A stretch of DNA of 64,000 bases from Mobula hypostoma (lineage: Eukaryota): the NCBI RefSeq assembly GCF_963921235.1, contig NC_086108.1, positions 23,126,001 to 23,190,000 on the forward strand, read 5' to 3'. Shown one piece after another: positions 25,466 to 36,100 of this stretch; within the stretch, counting starts at the first letter, position 1; each line of letters starts with the position of its first letter. Both the position numbers and the translations under genes were made by a program. The notes under the pieces are model-generated. The model had not been told where the DNA came from. It saw only the letters and a list, made by a program, of their open reading frames with translations, and made no database searches.

Positions 25466-26199
25466 GTACTATGGATAGTCTGTCATTTATCACAAATGAT
25501 AAAAGAGATCATTTATACCAAATATACACCCATGGCAGGACAACATCTGTAAACAATACTATCCTTCCCCAGGGATATCTTTTACCATTTATACAGCTAC
25601 ACCAGGAGTAATCAATTATATCAACCCTACACCATTACCAGCAGTATCATCTATCTCCCAGGACTGAGGATGTCTTGGCTGTACTTGTTCTTGAGAAGGA
25701 TAATCATGGGATTGAGAGTATCTGGCACAGTTGGGACAAGAAATGCCTAATAGAAGATGCAGTGAGTAAAATGGAGAGCCTTGGATGGTATAATATTTGG
25801 GATTCCAGGTGTTCTGGAATTGACTTGTGGTTCTTAGTGCCAGTCCAAATGAGCCATCTCTATTTGAGAGGTTTGTGGACCAGGCATTCCCAGGGCTTTG
25901 GGAATATTGTCATTCAAGGAGGCTTCGAGAATGTGCATAATTTCTTTCCTCATTCAGATAGTTGCTTGCCACAACTGAATTCTGAGTTGTATCTTCTTCT
26001 GGATATATGGTATTGGACATGTGATCAATGTTCTGAGTTGCTGGATGTTGGCCTGGGAGAGGATGCTGACACTTACTTGCTTATTCTGTACTAAGTGTAC
26101 AGCAACACACAACCTGTATGGGCACAGTCACTGACAAACATTTCACTACACCAGGAATATCAGTGGCACTAAAATTACACACTGGCCGGCTGCTTTACC

Positions 26200-26720
26200 A
26201 AGGCAACAGTAAGTGTAGACAATGTTTTCATGGGGTGGGGGCGGCTTCTCTTGTGTGATGAGCTGCGACCACAACTCTCTGCAGTGTCTCTGCAGAGCAG
26301 TTGCCATAACAAGCCGTGATACACCTGGATTGGATGCTCTCTATGGAGCATCAATAAAATTGGAGAGGGTCAAAGGGGACATGCCAAATTTCTTTAGCCT
26401 CCTGAAGAAGTCGAGTTGCTGGTGAACTTTCTTGAGCATGGTGTCTATGTGGTTGGACCAGGGCGGGCTATTTGGTCATGTTTCCTCTCGGAACTTGAAG
26501 CATTCACCCCTCTGAACCTCAGCACAGCTGATGTAAACAAAAGCATGCACAATCCCCACTCCTTCCTGAAGTCAATGACCAGCTCTTTCCTTTTAATGAC
26601 ATTCATGGGAAGTTTGTTGTCAAGACACCATGTCACTAGGCTGTTTCCTTCGTGTACTCTTACTCACAGTTATTTCAGTTATGGTCTACTACTGTGGCAT
26701 CATCTGCAAACTTGTAAAGC
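26200..26720 (-). mobile_element. Degenerate Rex1/L2-like RT fragment
   Basis: ORF 26445-26636 'WCLDNKLPMNVIKRKELVIDFRK' matches the RT C-terminal motif WC..N.L.LN..KTKELV.DFR. Confidence 0.65.
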
Positions 26721-28279
26721 ACTACCATTACTGTATCAGCACCAGAGATATCTCTGCAGTGACAACACATCAATACCAGGGGTATTGATACCCCTGCTTG
26801 ATATTTGTCTGCTGGAGTAATCCACCAACAAGGGTGCTCTCACTTGGACACTGACACTGGGGAGACCTGTAACAGGTGCACATCAGTGCCCAGGATGTCA
26901 GCTGTATCAAGTATTCATCGAGGTCAGGAATGAATGACAATAAACCGATCCCTGGCAATGGATATGTTGGATTCTAATGACAAGGATGAAGTCAAGAATG
27001 AGGCATGAAACTTGTTCCGTAGGATTGTTTTAAGTGTCACAAAGCAAAAAAGAAATGGAAGAAGAAGAAGAAGCAATGAGAGAACAAAGAAAAGACCCGA
27101 GGAAAAAAGTAGCCGTGGTCTTCTCATGCCAGACTCGAGATAACAGAAATTCCATTGATAACAATTAACCTATAAAATCACCAGACTCCAGTAGCACGAA
27201 TCCTGCAACTGAAGTTAAAGTTTCTAGAAAAATACAGAGGCAAATGTACCATAATTACTGGAAAATTCACTGAACAATTATGAGTATATATTGTAGGTGA
27301 TTATATAAAAATGCAAACAAGCATAGAAATGTTAAACTATAAGAAAATAACAATTCTACACCCCAATCCAACAGTTACCAAATACACACAACATCAGCCA
27401 CCAACTACATCATCGTGCACCAGGTCCAGGGACATGACATGTGGCAATTGTGACTGGATGATATCTGCAGACAATAAAAAAACACCATACCCCCAAGCAG
27501 ATATCAACACCAATTGTATTATCTATGCAAAGCTAGTACATCAAAATTAGGCACCCATCATCAGCTCCACTGAGTGAAGAGGCCAGTTATAATACCCAGC
27601 ATGTGGGACATCACCAGGATGAGTTGTATTGTTATGGCATGATAATTATAATATCTTTTACCTGAGATGAATAGGGAACTAATATCATTATCAGGTATAT
27701 CAAAGGTGCATTTATATCACTTTCATTTTCAACAGTTATATAATAATGTCTGTAAATTTTTCGTGAAAATTGTGTTGCATAAACTGAGATACTAATATTG
27801 CTGTGACAAAATAAATACCAACATGTTGAAGACACATATTAGATAAACAAAAGTGATACTGGTTTCATTTAAATTACATTTGCATCCAGCTATACATGCT
27901 GATCTCTGCTAACCCCTGCATATACAGTATCCTCCAGTCCTAGTGAATGTGCACCCTGTCACATTTCCCATTAATTCGACGAAATATGTGAAGATTTGTT
28001 GTGCCTGAGTCAAAGTTCAACGTTCAAAGTAAATTTTATTATCAAAGTGCCTAAATGTCACCATACACTACACCAAGATTCATTTTCTTGTGGGCATTTA
28101 CATCTTCAATGTAGATGAAGAGTCCTTGAAAGTGAGTCCATAGGTTGTGTGAACAAGTGAAGTTGAGTGCCAAGAGTCTGATGGTTCAGGGGTAATAACT
28201 GTTCCTGTACTCCTGTATGAGTGATATGAGTCCTGGGGTTCCTGTATCTTCCTCCTGATGGCAGCAGTGAGAAACCCTC

Positions 28280-28740
28280 CTGGGTTTCAGCGCCTAAGTT
28301 ACAGAGAAAGGGTTGAACAAGTTAGGTCTTTATTCTTTGGAGCATAGAAGGTTGAGGGGGGACTTGATAGAGGTGTTTAAAATTATGAGGGGGATTGATA
28401 GAGTTGACGTGGATAGGCTTTTTCCATTGAGAATGGGGGAGATTCAAACAAGAGGACATAAGTTGAGAGTTAAAGGGCAAAAGTTTAGGGGTAACATGAG
28501 GGGGAACTTCTTTACTCAGAGAGTGGTAGCTGTGTGGAACGAGCTTCCAGCAGAAGTGGTTGAGGCAGTTTCGATGTTGTCATCTAAAGTTAAATTGGAT
28601 AGATATATGGACAGGAAAGGAATGGAGAGGTTGTGGGCTGAGTGCAGGTCGGTGGGACTAGGTGAGAGTAAGCGTTCAGCATGGACTAGAAGGGCCGAGA
28701 TGGCCTGTTTCCGTGCTGTAATTGTTATATGGTTATATGG
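28280..28740 (+). mobile_element. CR1-like LINE 3' end
   Basis: ORF 28313-28852 has 'LGLYSLEHRRLRGDLIEVFKIMRG..TRGHKL..FFTQRVVAVWNELP' and a (GTTATATG)n tail. Confidence 0.9.
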
Positions 28741-29497
28741 TTATTTGCAGCAACTTCAAAACACAACAGAACCAATGAAAAATTGCTCACAAAAATGGAC
28801 AGACAGCCAATGTGCAAAAGACAACAAATTGTGCAAATTCAGAAAAACATAATAATAATATATAACTAATAAATATTGAGAACATGAGTTGTAGAGAACT
28901 TGAAAGTGAGTCCATAGAGCTTTAGGTCATTAACAGTAGCATTAACAACTTCATTATCTCTGCTAGTCAATAGTTTAATTACTTCTATCACACTTTTAAC
29001 AAAGGTAATTTATCTTCATCCCAAGTATCAATATATGTCATATCATTATCACTGTTACCATATGCGAACAAAAGACTACCTATCCACATCCCCTGCTGAA
29101 GAACAATATACTGTTTTGTTGATTAGTATATTAATGAATTAATACCAAAGGTTTTAGTCGAGTTTAAATCCCCTTGGGGCAACTGACAGTTTGTAATTCA
29201 AGTAATTAAGTAAATCTTGAATTTAAAAACAAGGCTAATGTCAGTCATGTTAACCATAGAGTTATCAGAGTGTTGTAAAAACCCATCTGGTTAATAGATT
29301 CTTCTCGGGCTTCCTGACAGATACAAGTATCAATTTTAACTGACAAACTCTGCCATTTTTATCAGGGATGATGCCTAGGCATGTCTGGTCTGGTGGTATA
29401 TATACTCCAATCATCCATCCCTCCTCATACAAACAAGAGAAAATCAGGCAGATGCTGGAAATCCAAGCAACATACACAACATGCTAAGTTCCACCAG

Positions 29498-29502
<5 letters not shown>

Positions 29503-29554
<52 letters not shown>
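29503..29554 (+). repeat. (TG)n microsatellite expanded inside a Penelope-like terminus
   Basis: Perfect TG run that grows out of the 'ccagcattttgtgtgtg' end of the PLE terminal repeat. Confidence 0.95.
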
Positions 29555-29558
<4 letters not shown>

Positions 29559-29689
29559 TTGCTTGTCCATCTCTTCTGATTGGTTAGCTCTCAACCAATC
29601 AGGTTTCCACTGTCCGACCTTGAATTCCAGTTCTTACTGAGAGCAAGACCATTGTCCTTGTTAAAGATCAGTTCTTTTTCTCATTTTAT

Positions 29690-29730
29690 GTCCTGATGAA
29701 GGTGGCAGAGTTTGTCATTGAAACATCGAT
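29690..29730 (+). ncRNA. Hammerhead-ribozyme-like motif, second family (longer stem II), partly decayed
   Basis: The sequence is GTC-CTGATGA-A-GGTGGCAGAGTTTGTCATT-GAAA-CATC-GAT. It has the CUGAUGA and GAAA cores, a pairable stem II (gtggcag/ttgtcat) and stem I gtc/gat. A decayed inverted copy is at ~29328-29368. Confidence 0.55.
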
Positions 29731-31450
29731 TATCATGAACATTGACTAGAAGCCCAAGAAGTGTTTATTCATCATGTACGCTGGGAAAGCAGTAGATCCT
29801 TTTTCACCCATCTGATTCATTAATACCTTTTAGGAAAGTTATTTGCCACCTCCGCCCAGTTTGCCCTCTGTATGACTCCAGAGCCTCCAGTGTGGTTGAT
29901 CCTTATTCACATCCTCTGTTCAGAGGAAAGTAGTAAATGACATCAAACTCTGTCATTGCCAGTGGGGTCTTGTGAATGAATAAGTACATTGAAAACAGAA
30001 CTGTGACTCTCAGCGCTATCAGCAAACCTAGACAATTACAACATTGATCATCTGTGTTCGCCATTGAAATCCAAAATGTTGCAACCAAATCAAGGCAATA
30101 CTTAAATCTAAACCTGTGACATTATCACCTCTTCCACTTAAACACTAGAGGTGATTCATCACCATCATCTATATCATACACCCACAACTGTCCCATCTCT
30201 AACAGTCACGTCAAGTGTATTCCCACACCACCACCCCCCTCCCTGCAGAGTCTCATCATCTTGATGAAGAATTATCCTGTTTGGACTATATCTCTCTTCA
30301 TCGTTTACTGTCAACAAACATACTTTCACCATCATATCCATCCAATAGTGTCTCTAAGTAACAAAAGTGTTTCCTTGTCTGGAAAGCATTTTGAGACTCC
30401 CTGAGCATCAGAATGGCAGTGTGGAATTATGTCTTTTTCTGTGCATAACCCAAGTCTGAATCCATTAAAAATGTATTCTCCCAGATTATATTTGCTATTT
30501 CTGTCAACAATATCCTCACAATTACCAAAATGTGACAAATATTTCCCCCACCCTTGCATCATGCTCATTTTCAGCAAACACACACTTGAACATGAATGCT
30601 TCCCTGATGACAGGTTGTTGACCTAAATCATTAACTTATTTTCTCTCCATAGATGCTGCCTGGCCTGCTGAGCTTCCCCGGCATTTTCTGTTTTTATTTC
30701 AGATTTTCAGCTTTTGTGTTCTAGTTTGTTCCACTTGGAAACAGATTTTTCGTCAACTCTTTCCCACCAGGCTTTCCCCTTTGTGATGTTTATCAGCAGC
30801 CTTCTGAATGCTTGCAAGTGTAACTCAGTAGGAGATTTCTTTCCCCTGTCCAGCCACTACTGTAGAGCTAGCAATGCAACTCAGCATCAATTCAGTAGCT
30901 GCAGTGTGACAGTTGGGCTAGATATTCATTCAATACTTACGTCTGAGACACCAGACCTATCTCAGGAACTTCAAGTACTTTCAGTGTTCCTGTTAATCCC
31001 AATTACCTTAAAGACTAAACTTAAGGAGCACGGAATCACAAACAGGCTTCATGGATTTCCTCCACTCCCTTGCTTTCCTTCTTCTCCGATGATCCTTTTT
31101 TATTTGCCATTCAACCACACACCAATACCTATGTACTTTGTATAAACTTATCCAAAATGAAAATATAGTTTTGAGTTGCATAAAATGTGTCTATTTCATC
31201 CAGATGCTTACAGTTTGCAATGCAATTGTTTCCTCTGTGGAAAAGTTCGGAAAGGTGTGGTGAATTGTAGTAATGTCTCCCTGTTTTGAAATGTCAAGTT
31301 CTTTTAACACTCATTCTCTGGCAAGTTAGGGATATGGAAAGGAAAGACATCCTGCTTTTTACCATTGTTCATCACTCAGTTATCCTAACCAACACTTCTG
31401 AGAATATAATTCTTTTCTGGTCAGGTTTTCAAGGGGAAATGGGCATTGAC

Positions 31451-31675
31451 ATGGCAGCACAATGACCCTGCTAGTAGAGATGCTGCCTCAGAGATCCAGG
31501 TTCAACCCTGACCTTGGATGCTGCTGTGTGAAGTTTGTACATTCCCCCTGTGACCATGTGGGGTTTCCCACATGCTCTGGTTTCCTCGCACATCACAAAG
31601 ATGTGTGGGTTGAGTAGGTATGTTGGCCACTGTAAATCGCCCCTAGTGTGCAGGTGAGTGGTCGAACCTGCAGAA
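31451..31675 (+). mobile_element. V-SINE (HE1-like)
   Basis: tRNA-like head with B-box GGTTCAACCC, and V-domain 'ctctggtttcctcgcacatcacaaagatg..ggccactgtaaatcgcccctagtgtg'. Confidence 0.75.
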
Positions 31676-31678
31676 AGT

Positions 31679-31965
31679 TTATTTATTTATTGAGATACAG
31701 CATGGAATAGGCCCTTCCAGCCCTTTGAGCCACACTGCCCAGAAATCCTTCAATTTAATCCTAGCGTAATCACGGGATGATTTAAAATGACCAATTAACC
31801 TACCAGCCAGTACGTCTTTGGACTGTGGGAGGAAACTGGAGCATCCGGAGAAACCAGCGTGGTCATGGGGAGAACATGCAAACTCCTTACAGACACTGGC
31901 GGGGATTGAACCTGGTTCTCTGGTACTATTAAGCGTTGTGCTAACCACTACGCTACCATGATGAT
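31679..31965 (-). mobile_element. V-SINE (HE1-like), full length, apparently inserted into the preceding SINE
   Basis: The reverse complement has A-box TAGCGTAGTGG, B-box GGTTCAATCC, the V-domain and an (AATA)n tail. Confidence 0.8.
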
Positions 31966-32218
31966 CCACTGTAGTTGATGAGAATGTGGGGAGAAGTCAG
32001 CGGGAATGAAGCAGGATTGATGCAAATAGGGAGCTGGTGGTTGGGCTAAATAGACTGTTTCTGTGCTGGACCTCTCTATGACACATGTTCTGAGTATATC
32101 TTGTCCCCCAGAGTCAGTGTTGGCTTCAGAGTTGGTGAGGATATTGGGAGACTGAAGGAACACACATAAAGTTGCTGGTGAATGCAGCAGGCCAGGCAGC
32201 ATCTATAGGAAGAGGTAC

Positions 32219-32254
32219 AGTCTACGTTTCGGGCCGAGACCCTTCGTCAGGACT
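32219..32254 (-). ncRNA. Minimal type I hammerhead ribozyme (PLE-associated), GUA cleavage triplet
   Basis: The minus strand reads AGUC-CUGACGA-A-GGGUCUCGGCCC-GAA-ACGU-A-GACU. The core is intact, stem I is AGUC/GACU, stem II is GGGU/GCCC, and stem III is reduced to palindromic ACGU. Confidence 0.75.
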
Positions 32255-32976
32255 AACTGGAAGAAGAGCTAGTAAGAGATTTGAAAGTGGGAGGGGAGGG
32301 GGAGGGGGAGATCCAAAATAGTAGGAGAAGACAGGAGGGGGAGGGATGGAACCAAGAGCTGGACAGTTGATTGGCAAAAGGGTTATGAGAGGATCATGGG
32401 ACAGGAGGCCAGGGAGAAAGAAAAGGGGGAGGGGGAAAAACCCAGAGGATGGGCGAGAGGTATAGTGAGAGGGACAGAGGGAGAAAAAGGAGAGAGAGAG
32501 AAAAAAAATGTGTGTATATAAATAAATAACGGATGGGGTACGAGGGGGAGGTGGGGCATTAGCGGAAGTTTGAGAAGTTGATGTTCAAGCCATCAGGTTG
32601 GAGGCTACCCAGACAGAATATAAGGTGTTGTTCCTCAAACCTGATGGCATGAACATTGACTTCTCAAACTTCCGCTAATGCCCCACCTCCCCCTCGTACC
32701 CCATGCGTGATTTATTTATATACACACATTCTTTGTCTCTCTCTCCTTTTTCTCCATCTGCCCCTCTCACTATACCCCTTGCCCATCTTCTGGGCTTTTT
32801 CCCCCCTCCCCCTTTTCTTTCTCCCTGGCCTTTGTCCCATGATCCTCTCATATCCCTTTTGCCAATCACCTGTTCAGCTCTTGGCTCCATCCCTCCCCTT
32901 CCTGTCTTCTCCTAACATTTCGGATCTCCCCCTCCCCCTCCCACTTTCAAATCTCTTACTAGCTCTTCTTTCAGTT

Positions 32977-33012
32977 AGTCCTGACGAAGGGTCTCGGCCC
33001 GAAACGTCGACT
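32977..33012 (+). ncRNA. Minimal type I hammerhead ribozyme (PLE-associated), GUC cleavage triplet
   Basis: The sequence is AGUC-CUGACGA(32981-32987)-A-GGGUCUCGGCCC-GAAA(33001-33004)-CGUC-GACU. Stem I is AGUC/GACU, stem II is GGGU/GCCC and stem III is palindromic ACGU. Predicted cleavage is after C33008. Confidence 0.8.
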
Positions 33013-33914
33013 GTACCTCTTCCTATAGATGCTGCCTGGCCTGCTGCGTTCACCAGCAACTTTTATGTGTGTTGCTTGAAATTCCAGCATCTGCAGATTT
33101 CCTCATGTGTGGGAGACTGAAGGAAATTTCTTAAGGCACGACAAAAATCATGTGTATTATCATCTACACAAATACACAGGTGCAAAGAAAAACTTACTTG
33201 TAGCCGTATCACAGGCACATACAGTGAATCAGAGACACAATATTCACAAGAAAAGCATAAATTAAAAATAAATTATATTAAATTGTTCAATAGAGAACAC
33301 AATTAGAATGGAAAAAAAAGTCCATTGTATTGCAATATGATCAAAGTGGTCATCATGTTACTATACTGAGGTAGTGATTAAGGATGCGTGGGTTGAGTCA
33401 AGACCCAGACAGCTGAAGTGAAGTAGCTGTTCTTGAACTCTGTTCAAGTTTCTGTACCTCCTGCCTGATGATAGCTGTAAGAAGATGGCATGGCCGGGAA
33501 GGTATGGGTATTTCTGATGATGGGGTGGGATTTGCCAGTGAGGTATTGGGCTGACCCAAGGCATCATTTGTGCAGTTTTCTGAATGGAATAAAAATTGGA
33601 ACTTTTAAGAAGAATAAATGTTCTTATTCACTAATGTTCTGCTTCAAAATTGGGCTCAACCAAGATTACTTAGAAGTTGTCTGAGTGATGGGGAAGACCA
33701 TCAACAAACTGCAAGAACCTAAATGGCCATTATAGATCTCTGTGAATATACATGTTTTTTGTTATCTCTAACTTGACAATATAATAAACACATACATGCG
33801 TAATTTTAACTCTAACTTTTTAAGATGGTTGTACCATAGCTGATCTCAGACCAGTTTTCACAATCTGATTCCTGCACAGTGACCACACTGCTAGGTTTAG
33901 TAGTGGAGCTGGGA

Positions 33915-34330
33915 TGGGGTTGGCACAGTGGTACAGCTGGTAGAGCTGCTGCCCCACACCCAAGTTCTCCCTCGATCTCTGGTGCTGTTTGGAGCTTGTG
34001 TGTTTTCCCTGTGACTTTCCTATGAGTGTTCCAGTTTCTTTCCACATCTGAAAGACCTGTGACTTGATATATTAAGTGGTCACCATAAATTGCTCCTGGT
34101 GTGTAATGAAAAATAAAGTGGTGGAGGAACTAAGTGGGTCAGGGCAGCATCAGTAGAGGTAGAGAGGTGCTGACTACTCCTCTGCCTCCATAGATGCTGC
34201 CTGACCCACTGATTGCCTCCACCAGTTTATTTTTCACTCCACACTCCAGTATCTGCAGCCTCTTTTGGCCTCCAGTGTGTAGGTGAATGGTACAATCTTG
34301 AGGGCTACCAAGGGGGATGTAGGGAGAATA
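33915..34330 (+). mobile_element. V-SINE interrupted by a short PLE-terminus fold-back (~34110-34270)
   Basis: The SINE head 'ggcacagtggtacagctggtagagctgctgcc' and V-domain run to ~34105. They are followed by the hairpin 'aaaataaagtggtggaggaactaagtgggtcagggcagcatc..gatgctgcctgacccactgattgcctccaccagtttattttt', and the SINE resumes at 'gtgtgtaggtgaatgg'. Confidence 0.65.
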
Positions 34331-35597
34331 AAATAGGATTAATGTTAATGTCTGCAAAAAAATTATTCCCGTTAATGTATTTCAATATTAAATTTACTTT
34401 GATATTAAATTTACCTTAAACTCAGTATGAAAGAGCATTTGATGCTCATTGTGGATGCAATGAGCTGCTTCCATTTCATTTGACTCTATAGCACAGATTC
34501 AATTCAATCTGACATTTTTGAAAATCAGCATACTGTCCTCCCTGGTATACATTACAATGACCTTGAAGGCCAAGTCAAAATAAGGCTGAATAACAAATGC
34601 TTGTCACAATATGCGCTGACAATGTCGAAACCCAAGAGCAGAGGAAAGACAATGTATAGACAGCAATCAAAGTTTATTCATTAGAATTCCAAAGGAACAT
34701 TGGTGGTTTGGCTGAGTGACACTGTGAGACCTAATATAACATTCTTAAAACTAGGAGCCGCAATTAGCACTAATCAGGAATCTGCTTAAATAATACAAGT
34801 AGCAGAAAATCTCCGAGCCTAGTTTAAACAGAAAGCACGAGGAGACCGCATTACAAAGAGTGAGTCGCTCGAGAAAACACTCCAGCAACTCTAAACGATT
34901 TACAACTCCCATTGAAAAACAATTAGCCATTTCAGGTGCTTTAAAACCCTCGGAGACCAATGCTCTATGGCTCCCCCGACAAGCCAGAAGAGCTCATTAC
35001 AGTTCTTCCTTGAATCACGTCCAAAAGGACTTTTCATTCAGCATCAGAAGAAGAAATAAAGATCCTCTCACTACTGAACACAGCTGATATCCTGTTGGCA
35101 GTGTCCAAAGGACACCATTGATAGAGGTTTTTAAACTTCTACCTTGTCCCCCATTTTTTTGGACAAAATAACAACTTCCGTTTATATAGTACCTTCAGCA
35201 TAGGATAACATTACAGCATATTATTCAGAAAGAATGTCACAAAATTTGATGTAATGCTCTGTAATCTTAAAACAGGGTGACCAAAAGCTCGATCCAGTTG
35301 CAGGTTTTAGAGAGTGAAAGGCAGAGAGGGTTAAGGAAGGATTTGCAGAGCTTGGATTCAATGCTCAATGTTCAGTTGTTAATGATAAAGTGTTTAAAAA
35401 CTGGGAATGGACACAAAGGTAGAGATCTCAAACTGAAATAGTACCTTACACTAAGAAGCTAAATGGAAACGTTAAGGTATCGTGAATGTTGATATATGCT
35501 TGTTACCTGATCTAAGGGTGGCGTGGGAAGAGGGTGATCAGTGGTAGGTGGAATTTGTAGGGATAATGATATCCTGAGAAATGTGTAGGGAATCTTT

Positions 35598-36100
35598 TGA
35601 AACATAGCAAACCTACAGCACAATATAAGCACTTTGGCCCACAATCCTGTGCCGAACATATACTTACTTCAGGAATTACCTAGGGTTACCGATAGCCCTC
35701 TGTTTTACTAGTATTTTTTTAAGCTCCATGTACATATCCAGGAGTCTCTTAAAAGACCCTATAGTATCCGCATCCGCCACCATTGCTGGCAGCCCATTCC
35801 ATGCACTCACCACTCTCTGTAGCTACTTCCAAGCACCTTAAAACTGCCCTCTGGTGCTAGCCATTTCAGCTCTGGGAAAAAGCCCCTGACTATCCACACG
35901 ATCAATGCCTCTCATTATCTTGTACACCTCTATCAAGTCACGTCGCTCCGAGGAGAAAAGGCTGAGTTCACTCAAACTATTCTCATAGGACATGCTCCCC
36001 AATCCAGACAACATCCTTGTAAATCTCCTCTGTACCCTTTCTATGGTTTCCGCATCCTTCCTATAGTGAGTGACCAGAACTGAGCACAGTACTCCAAGTA
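35598..36100 (-). mobile_element. CR1-like LINE 3' end, degenerate
   Basis: The reverse complement matches the CR1 3' end at 38880-39235 ('gaggcattgatcgtgtggatagtcag', 'aaggtgcttggaagt'). Confidence 0.8.

Larger units (their letters stand above)
18660..27620 (+). repeat. Old, diverged ~35-bp tandem array (consensus approximately CCAGGGACATCACCTGTACCAACTTTACACTCACA), split by TE insertions
   Basis: Unit starts fall at 19741, 19775, 19810, 19846 and 19881 (34-36 bp spacing). The motif CATCACCTGTA recurs throughout 18660-21250 and the pattern resumes at ~24460-24585, 25465-25660, 26100-26200, 26720-26910 and 27350-27620. Confidence 0.75.
32161..33109. mobile_element. Penelope-like insertion with two inverted 3' ends and a 16-bp TSD
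   Basis: The left arm (minus, 32161-32644) and right arm (plus, 32638-33109) each carry the GIY-YIG C-terminus (..QPDGxNIxFSNFR*), the 3' UTR and the terminal repeat. TGGGAGACTGAAGGAA is duplicated at 32145-32160 and 33110-33125. Confidence 0.9.

Noticed and set aside
25660..26095. 139-aa plus-strand ORF 25675-26094 (and ORFs at 2766-3062)
   Set aside because: No recognisable protein. The minus strand shows only faint RTE-LINE C-terminal-like remnants, too degraded for a confident call.
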